From: a virus | Lineage: Duplodnaviria > Caudoviricetes | Length of the DNA stretch: 64,000 bases | Virus record (IMG/VR): IMGVR_UViG_3300032218_002851 | Span: 1-64,000 of that record | Reading direction: 5' to 3' (one strand) | Shown: piece after piece, positions 52,471 to 61,403 of the stretch | How the letters are laid out: each line of letters begins with the position of its first letter | Numbering within the stretch: position 1 is the first letter of the stretch | Program-made: the position numbers and the translations under genes | Notes under the pieces: model-generated | What the model saw: only the letters and a program-made list of their open reading frames with translations | What the model was told of the DNA's origin: nothing | The model's database searches: none

Positions 52471-53586
52471 TTAATTTCCTTGCGTTACGGTTATCTTAGG
52501 GCAACCTCCAGTTGTTGCGCAATTGAATTGAATACTATAGAACTGTTGAGTAGATCCAGATTGAGATAAGCTGAGGTCTACCGGCAATCCACTTAGACTA
52601 ATGCTGGCCATATGTGAAGCAGAACCTTGTTGAGTGATATCAACATTTTTATTTCCACCACTGAGATTTATTTCAGCATAATGACTACCTGAGTCTTTTT
52701 GAGTAACTATAAGACTATTATTATCATCGATTACTGTGGCAAATACACCTTTAGCTCCGCCAGTGCTTTGTTGTAAAAGTGTTGCAGTATTAGTATCACC
52801 GGTAATAGTAAGATCTGCATAATTAACTTGTGTACTGTTATTTCCTGATTGTGTTATAGATACTATATCGTTACTGCCATTGCCGGAATACTTTGCATAG
52901 TTATTTTTAGTTCCAGTTTGTTCCACGGTTACAATATTTTGATTTCCTACTTGTTCAACATAGACCTGGCTGTCTTGAGTCGTTCTTCCAACAAATGACA
53001 TAACCTTATTAACATTTTGTGAACTGGCACTGAATATACTTGCACTGCCTCCGCAGCACAAAGCAGGGACAGCGTTATAGTTTGTATCATATAAGAATGC
53101 AACTTCTGCTATCTGCATACTGTTAGAAGCATTGTCTTTGATCGTGGGAAAGATAATACGATAATAAAGAAAACTGGTGCTGTTAGTCAATGTATAAACA
53201 GAGCTTTCTGCATATCTGCTGTTACTGAGACTGATAGATTGATTAGCTGTCAATGTGGTCCATGTAGATCCATCATTTGAACCGTAAAGAGTAAAGCTGG
53301 TTGGATCTCGGCCTGGACTATCGTTTGCTGTTGTAAACTGCATTCCTTGCACTACTTCAGCTTGGCTGAGTTGCACAGTAAATCCAGCATTAAATTTGTC
53401 AAAGTTTAGATATTTACTGCCAACGTTGCCATCTACTGCATTTGGTGATCTTTCTGAAGCCGGACTATTTGAGCTAGTTGGTGTCACAGATGTAATAAAT
53501 GATCTTACATTTGCATAGTTAGGTTCGGTAGCTGATGCATTAATGCAGATAATTAACAATAACAATAACATTAACAGTGTTTTCAT
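52471..53586 (-). CDS. Secreted discoidin/F5-8-like domain plus curlin-like repeats
   Basis: DGN..SKYLNF, TANDSPGRDP.SF.L.GS and MQIAE; C-terminal Q-x-G-N repeats. Confidence 0.7.
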   Translation of the reverse strand: MKTLLMLLLLLIICINASATEPNYANVRSFITSVTPTSSNSPASERSPNAVDGNVGSKYLNFDKFNAGFTVQLSQAEVVQGMQFTTANDSPGRDPTSFTLYGSNDGSTWTTLTANQSISLSNSRYAESSVYTLTNSTSFLYYRIIFPTIKDNASNSMQIAEVAFLYDTNYNAVPALCCGGSASIFSASSQNVNKVMSFVGRTTQDSQVYVEQVGNQNIVTVEQTGTKNNYAKYSGNGSNDIVSITQSGNNSTQVNYADLTITGDTNTATLLQQSTGGAKGVFATVIDDNNSLIVTQKDSGSHYAEINLSGGNKNVDITQQGSASHMASISLSGLPVDLSLSQSGSTQQFYSIQFNCATTGGCPKITVTQGN

Positions 53587-54674
53587 TGTGGTCTTAACAC
53601 ACCTGTATTTTGTTTAATGTTAATTGCGTTACCGCCCGGTCCGCCGTCACCGATGATTTTAAATGCAGTGTTATCGTCTTGTGTAATACTTACATATGTG
53701 TTTGAACTATATCCAAGTGTCTTTACTTCTGCATAATGTTGAGTTTCAACGATTCGATATGCAATTCCTTTTCCTCGTCCTTTAATATCGTTGTTAGGCA
53801 TTTCCCACGCTACACAGACATTTTTATGTGGGTCGCATGATGGTTCATTAGGTGCTTGCATACGATTTAGTACCTCTGCTCTTTCGCTATTAGTGTGAGC
53901 AGCTTGACTTGCAAAATGTCTGACAAATTCTTCTAGATCTGCTTCAGTTTCCTTATCTTTATCTTTACCTGCACTGTCATGTCGTGCCTGTGTAATTTCT
54001 GGAGGCTGAGATAAGATCAAAAAGTTGTTGATTTTGCCTTCCGTGATATTCAGTATGCGAGGAGGTGTAGGCACGGTAGTTGGGTTAGCGGCAAACGTAC
54101 CTTGAAATGCTTGGTCTAGCGTTACCTTACCAGCTAGTGTTTCCACATCTATTTTGCCTACCTTGCAGGTATTTTCTTCTAGTTCGTATTCTTTCTTTTT
54201 CTCACCATCTTTACAACTGGGTAATAACACTATTAGGCTTTGCCCGGCTTCATCAACTGTCATTGTAAAGTCAGTGCCACGAACAGCAATGCTTGCAGCA
54301 GGTGTTTTTATATTAACTTTTTGCGGATTGTTTTTGGCGATTTGTCCGCTAGCATAACGAACCGTTCCCATACCTACTTTTAAGGCTAGTTTTCCAGCAT
54401 CACTTTGTTTTGGATCAAACACAAAATCGTCAATGAGTAATCTACTATTCTCGTTGACTTTCACCTTTGTATCATCTGTAAATGTAATATCGCTTTCACA
54501 TTTCCCGGTAACATAAGTGTCCATGCTTTCAATGCTGGCACCTTTGTCACCGGGTAGCTGCGACTTGTCTCTCTCAATTGAACAACTTGATCCTTTAGTT
54601 TCAGTAACAGAACCAATAGCACCCCAAGCTGGACCGGATAATAATATCAAGGCCAGTATTAGGGTGCGCATCAT
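53583..54674 (-). CDS. FecR-domain protein
   Basis: ITFTDDT.V.V.ENS.L.IDDFV.D...G.VRYASG...TP.A.IAVRGTDF. Confidence 0.85.
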   Translation of the reverse strand: MMRTLILALILLSGPAWGAIGSVTETKGSSCSIERDKSQLPGDKGASIESMDTYVTGKCESDITFTDDTKVKVNENSRLLIDDFVFDPKQSDAGKLALKVGMGTVRYASGQIAKNNPQKVNIKTPAASIAVRGTDFTMTVDEAGQSLIVLLPSCKDGEKKKEYELEENTCKVGKIDVETLAGKVTLDQAFQGTFAANPTTVPTPPRILNITEGKINNFLILSQPPEITQARHDSAGKDKDKETEADLEEFVRHFASQAAHTNSERAEVLNRMQAPNEPSCDPHKNVCVAWEMPNNDIKGRGKGIAYRIVETQHYAEVKTLGYSSNTYVSITQDDNTAFKIIGDGGPGGNAINIKQNTGVLRPQ

Positions 54675-55468
54675 TATCTAATCACTGCTGATACAGGGTT
54701 AGTAATTAAGGAGTTACTGGTCCTCACAGTGATAGTGTTGTGACTACCAGTTGTATCAATGTTTACCGTGGTATCATTGAATCCTTGTTGTTGTGTGGTT
54801 ATGCTGTTGTAGTCACCGGTTGTGTTTAACCACAGTGTATGACCAGTTGCACCAGCCGAATCAATTTGTTCTGATACAACAACATTATAGTTACCGTGAA
54901 TCACATCATCGCTAGTGCCATTAGTGCTAAGGAAATTGTTTGTAATTTGATTTCCGTTGCCAACAGCAGTGATATTATCAGTAATATCGTTGCCGGTGAC
55001 CTGTTGCAGCACCAAGTTATTGCTGCCAGTTAAAAACTCTGTAAACACGTTCCTGAGATTAGTAGGATGGGTTATGTCACCTACACTTAGATGTGTTTGG
55101 TTGTTATTGCCGATTACGAGGCTGGTATAGTTGTTGTTACTGCCTAGAATTTTATACTGTGCGCTGTTGGTGTCGCCATGTTGTGTCATGGTCAATATGT
55201 TATTGCTACCGTTAATAGTGCCGTAGTTTGTTGGACTCGGTACAGTAGGGCTTAGTGTAGTTAAATTGGTTTGTGTAGCTACACTTAGATTATCATTGGC
55301 TACGCCACCGATATTGTTTCCGCCGCCTACTTGTTCAATGGTCAGCAAGTTACTGTTACCTATTTGTTCAATATATACGTTATTTGGCCCCGAGCTTCCT
55401 GCAGCTGCAACTGCGACTGATAACAGTATACCAGCAAAGATCGCTGTCACTTTAAATATATTTTTCAT
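54674..55468 (-). CDS. Curlin-like repeat protein (CsgA/CsgB-like)
   Basis: Signal peptide; repeated N/Q/G units (NNVYIEQIGNSN, QHGDTN, TGDYN). Confidence 0.7.
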   Translation of the reverse strand: MKNIFKVTAIFAGILLSVAVAAAGSSGPNNVYIEQIGNSNLLTIEQVGGGNNIGGVANDNLSVATQTNLTTLSPTVPSPTNYGTINGSNNILTMTQHGDTNSAQYKILGSNNNYTSLVIGNNNQTHLSVGDITHPTNLRNVFTEFLTGSNNLVLQQVTGNDITDNITAVGNGNQITNNFLSTNGTSDDVIHGNYNVVVSEQIDSAGATGHTLWLNTTGDYNSITTQQQGFNDTTVNIDTTGSHNTITVRTSNSLITNPVSAVIR

Positions 55469-55491
55469 TTTATCCTGGCTCCTTTTTTATT

Positions 55492-56334
55492 CTAATTATT
55501 TTTGTTTTCTTTATAAGACCAATGTCCTTTACGGGCACCTTCTTTTATAGTTTCAATCACTGCTGCTTGTATAGCAATGTCTGTTGCTTTATTAATACTT
55601 TCATTAATACTGCCGCCTGCTTCGCCTTCAAATGCACTGGTATCTGCACCTATGGGCAATTTTCCATCGTCCACAAATCTTAATACCGTTAACTTATCCA
55701 AATAACTTAGAACAGTTTTTGTAATTGTAACTGTAGTCAATATTTCTCCTGATGCCACTGACACTGCGCGAAGAGAAACAGTTACAGTATCGCTTTGATA
55801 TTGCGTATTACCCCCAATACCAAAAACCCTAGCACCAATACCTCCTGTGGCAGTATTAGAATCATAACCTACAATACTGCCTTCCATTATAACACCAGCA
55901 AAAATCATAGGAGGCAAAGGTTTAGCGTCCTTGCCGTTATATTGTTCACGCATCTGGCGTATCATCTGTCTTTCTTTAATCAAATTATCTAGGCCCACAC
56001 GTTCTACTACAGTAAACCAACGTGCATTTCCCACATCCTGCAATGCTTTTATCAAGAATGTTTCAGCGCCTTGCGTAACTGCTGAACTTAAGCTGGCAAC
56101 ATTAGGCAACGATTTACGCTGTCCAGTGCGATCTTGGAAACTGTAGACCGCTACAGGTATTGGTCCATCTAACGGTGCAGGCAGTGTGGCCGATTTTTTT
56201 TTCAAGTAGCTCGATTGCTCAGCTACTGGTTCGTCAAACTGTTTGCCTGTTGCCTTTTCCCTCAGTGTGCTAGTCGTCGCGCAGCCACCAAGGAGGAATG
56301 GCAACATAACCAATCCTAATATGATTCTTCTCAT
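55492..56334 (-). CDS. csgG: Curli secretion channel CsgG
   Basis: Lipobox LGGC; VAVYSFQDRTGQRK, SAVTQG, WF.VVERVGL.NL.KERQ.IR and V.VSLR.V.V.SGE. Confidence 0.92.
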   Translation of the reverse strand: MRRIILGLVMLPFLLGGCATTSTLREKATGKQFDEPVAEQSSYLKKKSATLPAPLDGPIPVAVYSFQDRTGQRKSLPNVASLSSAVTQGAETFLIKALQDVGNARWFTVVERVGLDNLIKERQMIRQMREQYNGKDAKPLPPMIFAGVIMEGSIVGYDSNTATGGIGARVFGIGGNTQYQSDTVTVSLRAVSVASGEILTTVTITKTVLSYLDKLTVLRFVDDGKLPIGADTSAFEGEAGGSINESINKATDIAIQAAVIETIKEGARKGHWSYKENKNN

Positions 56335-56343
56335 TCATCGCTC

Positions 56344-56847
56344 CTAGAATCCAAAAGATCCTACTGGCACAGTCATATTCGTATACTGGCTAGGATCTAT
56401 GTTGTTAACCACACTGATCACGATATTTTTATTGTCGCTACTTAATGACCAAGTTATGGTATTTCCACCTACATCTAACGTACCCGTCGGACAAGTTGTA
56501 ACTCCACCGGCACTAGTGCAACTCAATCCACCAGAAGAGCCAAACAAACTATCAGTAATCTGCTTACTGAGCTGGGCATAAATTCTTGACTGGAGATTGG
56601 TCACAAATTGAGCTTGTGGAGTATTAGCAGCAGCATTTTCAGCTGCTGATTTTAGTGCGTCTGCGGCCGCTGTATTCTTTTCACGCTGTTGATCTTCTAG
56701 TTGTTTGAGCGTGAGAACATAGCTACCATATCCGCTGCCGTTAAACGACGGACTACTAAATTGGTACTGAAGCTCTGCTCCCTCCGAGGTGAAAGGTACA
56801 CCCAGGAGGAAGCTAGAAATCAGCAGAGTTATTTTTATTTTTTTCAT
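56344..56847 (-). CDS. csgF: Curli assembly protein CsgF
   Basis: ELQYQFSSPSFNGSG...F..NLQSRIY.QLS.Q. Confidence 0.85.
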   Translation of the reverse strand: MKKIKITLLISSFLLGVPFTSEGAELQYQFSSPSFNGSGYGSYVLTLKQLEDQQREKNTAAADALKSAAENAAANTPQAQFVTNLQSRIYAQLSKQITDSLFGSSGGLSCTSAGGVTTCPTGTLDVGGNTITWSLSSDNKNIVISVVNNIDPSQYTNMTVPVGSFGF

Positions 56848-56849
56848 TA

Positions 56850-56882
56850 CTCTAGCTCCCTTAATATTTAAGGGAGCTAGAG
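56850..56882 (-). promoter_or_regulatory. Late promoter in loop of perfect 15-bp RBS-sequestering hairpin
   Basis: ctctagctcccttaa-tat-ttaagggagctagag; TAAATA at 56865-56870; AAGGGAG RBS in 3' arm. Confidence 0.8.
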
Positions 56883-56924
56883 CGATAGATATATAGGTGT
56901 GTTATTTATTTGGAAATTAGAATT

Positions 56925-57452
56925 TTATTTAATTCCAAGGTCTCGATAAATCTTCTGTACAGCTTTAGCTTGACTGATACAATCAGCTAATGCGTTATGC
57001 AGATCTTCAGATAATTTATCACGAGGATCTCCGTGTACTCCAAATAAAGTTCGACTATCACGAATTTGCCAGTAATTCCATGGTGTAGGCCAACCATATT
57101 GATTGTACAGATTCTCTAGAATCATAATATCAAAAACTGCACCTTGTGCCCAGATAATATCTACGCCTACTAAAAACTTATTGAGTTGACGATATGTATC
57201 TTCTAGACTGTTGCGACCTTCATCACTGAAAGCCTCGATACGACTGGAATCACTTTGCTTAAGCCACCAAGACATTGTAGTTTCAGATGCATCTCGACCG
57301 TCAGCTAGTTGTTGATCTACATCAGGTCTAAGATAGATTCCTGGTCCTGGTTCTCGGAGAGAATAAGGATCAAATTTTACTGCACCAACAGTAAGTACTA
57401 CTGCATTGGGTTTGGTACTGAGAGTTTCAATATCTAACATGCAAGTAATCAT
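56925..57452 (-). CDS. DEDDh 3'-5' exonuclease
   Basis: MLDIETL, WAQG..FD..IL, RDSRT and HNALADC. Confidence 0.85.
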   Translation of the reverse strand: MITCMLDIETLSTKPNAVVLTVGAVKFDPYSLREPGPGIYLRPDVDQQLADGRDASETTMSWWLKQSDSSRIEAFSDEGRNSLEDTYRQLNKFLVGVDIIWAQGAVFDIMILENLYNQYGWPTPWNYWQIRDSRTLFGVHGDPRDKLSEDLHNALADCISQAKAVQKIYRDLGIK

Positions 57453-57462
57453 ATATTACTCC

Positions 57463-57930
57463 TTATCGAAGAATTTTAGATTCGGAGGCAACTACTCGTT
57501 TACGTAGATTACTACTGGAAAATGAATGATCTCGACCGTTGAATATCAGTTGAATTCCTCGTTTTTGACATTCTTCCCTGCCAGTAAAATCTTTATCTTG
57601 ATATTCTGTACCTAGTATACGCACATCTACAGGTAAAATCAATAATAGATCTGTCAAATCTTGTTCAGTTTGATAAACTACAATTTCATCCACGAAGCGT
57701 GTAGCACTAAGCTGTATTTGTCGTTCTACTATACTTTGAATAGGATAATTTTTAGTGTCCGGTCTATCGATTGTAGGATCAGTTTGTAACGCAGCAATAA
57801 GGTAATCGCAATGATTTTTAGCTTCTGATAGCATGGCTATGTGTCCGGCATGAAGTAAATCGAAGCAAGAAAATGTGATGCCAATCTTTAGGCCTTGTTC
57901 TTTAAGTTGTTTTACTTTATTGAATATCAT
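57463..57930 (-). CDS. Cytidylyltransferase (TagD-like)
   Basis: FSCFDLLHAGH, R.HSFSSS.LR. Confidence 0.85.
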   Translation of the reverse strand: MIFNKVKQLKEQGLKIGITFSCFDLLHAGHIAMLSEAKNHCDYLIAALQTDPTIDRPDTKNYPIQSIVERQIQLSATRFVDEIVVYQTEQDLTDLLLILPVDVRILGTEYQDKDFTGREECQKRGIQLIFNGRDHSFSSSNLRKRVVASESKILR

Positions 57931-58247
57931 TCTTGTTCTATCTTGATCTGCAAAGGGAAACCATGATTTCTAGCTAATAATGTTGCTTCTACGCCTTTTT
58001 GTTCAGCAATTTCATACGGCAAAGTAGCAACCACTGCAGAATTTTCTTCATGAATTCGCATGGTCAACTCTTCAGCTATTTCTTGAGAATGATTGAATAT
58101 ACCAGTCAATGTCTCTATTACAAAATCCATTGTAGTCACACTGTCATTCAAATAAATCACATTGTAACTTTTGGGAGATGATAGATCTGTATTTGGTGTA
58201 ATTCGAGGACGAACTTCTGTCTTATCTTTAATTTTAGCTTCTGACAT
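57927..58247 (-). CDS. clpS: ClpAP adaptor ClpS
   Basis: Y.VIYLND..T.MDFV...L...F...A...IH..G/SA.V....EIAEQK...PLQ. Confidence 0.9.
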   Translation of the reverse strand: MSEAKIKDKTEVRPRITPNTDLSSPKSYNVIYLNDSVTTMDFVIETLTGIFNHSQEIAEELTMRIHEENSAVVATLPYEIAEQKGVEATLLARNHGFPLQIKIEQE

Positions 58248-58265
58248 ATAATACCTATAGTTTGA

Positions 58266-58292
58266 TGTGGAGGCAGATTATCTGCCTCCACA
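58266..58292. terminator. Hairpin downstream of hsp20
   Basis: tgtggaggcaga-tta-tctgcctccaca. Confidence 0.6.
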
Positions 58293-58302
58293 ATTATGAA
58301 CA

Positions 58303-58746
58303 TCACTTGGTATAAGTGATAGCGATCTTACGAGGTTTCTTCTCGTCGGGAAGCACATGTTCTACAGCAATCGAGAGGATACCATTTTTTACCACTGCGC
58401 CACGAACTTCATGGTCTGGACCAAGAGTAAAGACTCGTTCCCAATCTCGTGCACTAATGCCACGATGTAGATACTCAGCAGCAGAGTCTGGCTCAGCTTT
58501 TTTTCCAGTTACCGTCAATCGCTGATCATTCAAAGACACATCCAATTCGTTTTCAGCAAATCCTGCAACTGCTACTTCCACAAGGAAATGAGTCTCGTCT
58601 AGTTTACTGATGTTATACGGAGGATATGTGCCAGCATTTCGGCTATTAGAAAATGTACGATTAATTTCATCAAACACTCGATCAAAGCCGATTACATGAC
58701 GGTGAAGAGTAGGTAGGTCTAGGGTTTTAAATTCAAATTGTGTCAT
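58303..58746 (-). CDS. ibpA: Small heat-shock protein Hsp20 (IbpA-like)
   Basis: IGFDR.F, YPPYNI, EVAVAGF, YLHRGIS.R.W.R.F.L and NGIL.I. Confidence 0.93.
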   Translation of the reverse strand: MTQFEFKTLDLPTLHRHVIGFDRVFDEINRTFSNSRNAGTYPPYNISKLDETHFLVEVAVAGFAENELDVSLNDQRLTVTGKKAEPDSAAEYLHRGISARDWERVFTLGPDHEVRGAVVKNGILSIAVEHVLPDEKKPRKIAITYTK

Positions 58747-58750
58747 CTTT

Positions 58751-58804
58751 ATTCTCCTTTCATTTTAAGCAAGAATGACTTGTAGACCCCAATCGGGCAT
58801 CTAC
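58751..58804 (-). promoter_or_regulatory. ROSE-like RNA thermometer in hsp20 leader
   Basis: AUUCUU(G)CUU pairs with AAGGAGAAU (SD) with bulged G; upstream GUAGA..UCUAC hairpin; TAAATA at 58810-58815. Confidence 0.65.
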
Positions 58805-58829
58805 GTTATTATTTATACACGAATAATTC

Positions 58830-59108
58830 TTACGTTTCAATCTTTTTGGGTATATCGCGGGCTAACTCTAATAAAATTTTGTATTGTTCCCAAGCAGCAC
58901 GAACACCGAGATTTTGTGCACGAATTTCTCTATCTACTTTATATTCTTCGTAGACCTGTTCTTTTTCAAGTAATTCGATCCAATAATGATTGTCAGATGT
59001 ATTAACTGTAATTGTACCAGTATTAGTCATTGATCCGTTCATATGTATATAATCTGGCGTCAACGAAATTGTATAGTTTGGATCAACGTCAAAATCGTAC
59101 ATAGACAT
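58830..59108 (-). CDS. Hypothetical protein
   Basis: E..IR..N..V..AWEQY..LL.LA. Confidence 0.55.
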   Translation of the reverse strand: MSMYDFDVDPNYTISLTPDYIHMNGSMTNTGTITVNTSDNHYWIELLEKEQVYEEYKVDREIRAQNLGVRAAWEQYKILLELARDIPKKIET

Positions 59109-59347
59109 TAGTAGTTTTTCTTTGGTAGAGTTTGCTGTTCTACTTGTTTCTGCCAGCGACGCTTGGCTTGATTTTTAGCTTTACGACGAGCTGTAGTGGG
59201 TTTTTCATAAAACTCTCGCTCACGTAATTCCTGCAGTATACCGCTTTCCATGACTTTTTTCTTAAATTTGCGTAGTGCCTTTTCAAATTGTCCATTGATA
59301 ACTGGAACTACTTTACCCTTGAGATTTGATTTGTTAAATGTTGACAT
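59108..59347 (-). CDS. rpsU: Ribosomal protein bS21
   Basis: [29 protein letters not shown]. Confidence 0.92.
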   Translation of the reverse strand: MSTFNKSNLKGKVVPVINGQFEKALRKFKKKVMESGILQELREREFYEKPTTARRKAKNQAKRRWQKQVEQQTLPKKNY

Positions 59348-59380
59348 AGTACTGTATTTAGTTAATAAAGTTGGGTTATA

Positions 59381-61078
59381 TTAAAATTCTGTGTTTTTAT
59401 TTATTGATTGAATGTTTTGTAGTTCAAGTTCATTGAGGTCATCTAGACTATATTCACCTGAGCTAATCTTTTCTGCTAAAAAATTGATGTACTGCTCATT
59501 ATAACTATACGCATCAGTACTGTTCTTGTTGACTTCAATCCATTTTACACTATTCCATTTGAATAGTCTGCTAGGCTTAAAGTCTACTCGCATACACATG
59601 TCGCCACGCTTTGGATTAGCTGGAAATACTAGTCCAAAATCTACGCTTGGTTTTTCCAAGGGCAAAATGACAGTGGGTTCTGCAAGTGGTTCAACTATCG
59701 ACATAGATTCAACTACTGATTCAGGTTCGATCTGCATCTCAGAATTGTTAACCCGATTTGACTGTAACTCTAGTTCAATAGCCAATGAATCTGCTCGAAC
59801 CATTTCGTGACTGTGCGCAGCAAATAATAAATCTCGTTCTTCCAATAAGCGTGAGTTTTCAAGTAAAAGATTTTTAACCTGTTCTGCTAGATTGTCTGAA
59901 CGTGCTGCATACCAAACCTCAGTATCAACTTCTAAGCGAGTTTCTACGAGTTGCTCTTCAAGTTTATCTATCTTTTCTTGTAGCTTTAGATTACGACTCA
60001 GGGAAATATTGTGTTGTTCTTCCAATTGCTGGTAATCATTTCCAAGACTGGATAAAATATTTTCAGTTGCTTCGATTTTTTCACGCTGTGCATCAAGCTC
60101 AGCTAATAATTCTAAATTATCTTGAATTGATTGATCAGTGTCTCCAGATTCTGATTCATTTTGCTGCTCAGATTCAGATTGCTGTACAGGTTCAGATTTT
60201 ATGTACATAGGGGGCACACCATATGCATTTCCATCTAGGCCAGCTAGATACAAATTATTTGCATCATCATTTGATTTTTCTTCTGGAACGGTTAATATTG
60301 TATCAGATTTTTCTTTCTTTTCAGATTTAGTCAATTCGATTTGCTTGATACCGGCCAAGATCAAAATGATAGCCAGTGGATCAAATACAATAACAATTAA
60401 GATAATAACCCAACGTACTGCATGTTCTAGTACGTTAGTGTCAGGATTGTCGCTGTATATAAGTGCGGCAATATATTTAATTGGTCCAACATCAGCTTCT
60501 ACTTTTCGTACCTCCGCTGCAAGTGGCGCACGTTCTTCGCTAAGGGCAGAAATAGTTTTCTGTTCAGCCGCAAGCTCGGATTGAAGGCGGACACGTTCTT
60601 TTTGCTGTCCTCTACGTATAGCAATGGCTTTGTCAGCACCTTTTTCATCACTGCTTCGACCCATAACTTGGTCCACAGCTTCATCCATCTGTTTAAGCGC
60701 CCGACGATTTGCATCAATATTAGCCTTTGAGATTTTAATCTTTTCGTCGAATATGGCGACCCGAGCCATTGCGTCTCCTGACACAAGACTCTGATCACCG
60801 TGTGCTTTGCTTAGGAAACCAAAGATACCCATACTAGTCAGTAGCATGAGAAATACAATAGCAGGAACTAGGTACAGTTTGAATGCTACTCCCGCTCGCT
60901 TCCAGTTGTTATGGAGCCAAACAGTTGCAACGATCTTGCCTGCTTCCAGTGCGCCTCCCATGATCATCACGGGGATCACAGCGGCTGCAAAAATGGCAGC
61001 AAGCCCGGCGATTGAGTACCAGGCCGCGATAGACGAAATGATTACTGCAATGATTAGTATTAGATATCCAAATAGCAT
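59381..61078 (-). CDS. Multi-TM coiled-coil phage protein
   Basis: YYSI.GL.AIFA, MG..LE.GK, TSMGIFGFLSKAH, VGPIKYIA and IV.VFDPLA; C-terminal P.NP.RGD.C.R.DF.P.RLF.W. Confidence 0.7.
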   Translation of the reverse strand: MLFGYLILIIAVIISSIAAWYSIAGLAAIFAAAVIPVMIMGGALEAGKIVATVWLHNNWKRAGVAFKLYLVPAIVFLMLLTSMGIFGFLSKAHGDQSLVSGDAMARVAIFDEKIKISKANIDANRRALKQMDEAVDQVMGRSSDEKGADKAIAIRRGQQKERVRLQSELAAEQKTISALSEERAPLAAEVRKVEADVGPIKYIAALIYSDNPDTNVLEHAVRWVIILIVIVFDPLAIILILAGIKQIELTKSEKKEKSDTILTVPEEKSNDDANNLYLAGLDGNAYGVPPMYIKSEPVQQSESEQQNESESGDTDQSIQDNLELLAELDAQREKIEATENILSSLGNDYQQLEEQHNISLSRNLKLQEKIDKLEEQLVETRLEVDTEVWYAARSDNLAEQVKNLLLENSRLLEERDLLFAAHSHEMVRADSLAIELELQSNRVNNSEMQIEPESVVESMSIVEPLAEPTVILPLEKPSVDFGLVFPANPKRGDMCMRVDFKPSRLFKWNSVKWIEVNKNSTDAYSYNEQYINFLAEKISSGEYSLDDLNELELQNIQSINKNTEF

Positions 61079-61107
61079 GATTGTATTTACCCTAGGTTTA
61101 CTGGGAC

Positions 61108-61136
61108 AGTTTACAATAGCGTCTGGACGATGTCAA
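61108..61136 (-). promoter_or_regulatory. sigma70-type promoter
   Basis: TTGACA-17-TAAACT. Confidence 0.6.
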
Positions 61137-61145
61137 GCGTTTTGG

Positions 61146-61403
61146 TTAAGCTTCTTCAAGATAGTATCCGCAGCCGGGATATACTTGTCTTTGTAGGTTT
61201 TCCACTGTGGGGTAAATTTTACAACCGCTGAATCTGGTTTCGTATATCTTGCATTTCAATGCAACCGTATCCAGATATTCGCAGGGTTCTACTGTGTAGT
61301 TGCCTTGTGAATCAAATACTCGAACTTGGCAACATCCAGCACCACATCGACCGGAATCACAAGAGCCTTGGACCACAGGGTTGATCCAAATGACTTCCAT
61401 CAC
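61146..61403 (-). CDS. YkgJ-like cysteine-cluster protein
   Basis: C..C...CC...C.YL....C.IYE.R..GC..YP...CGY. Confidence 0.7.
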   Translation of the reverse strand: MMEVIWINPVVQGSCDSGRCGAGCCQVRVFDSQGNYTVEPCEYLDTVALKCKIYETRFSGCKIYPTVENLQRQVYPGCGYYLEEA

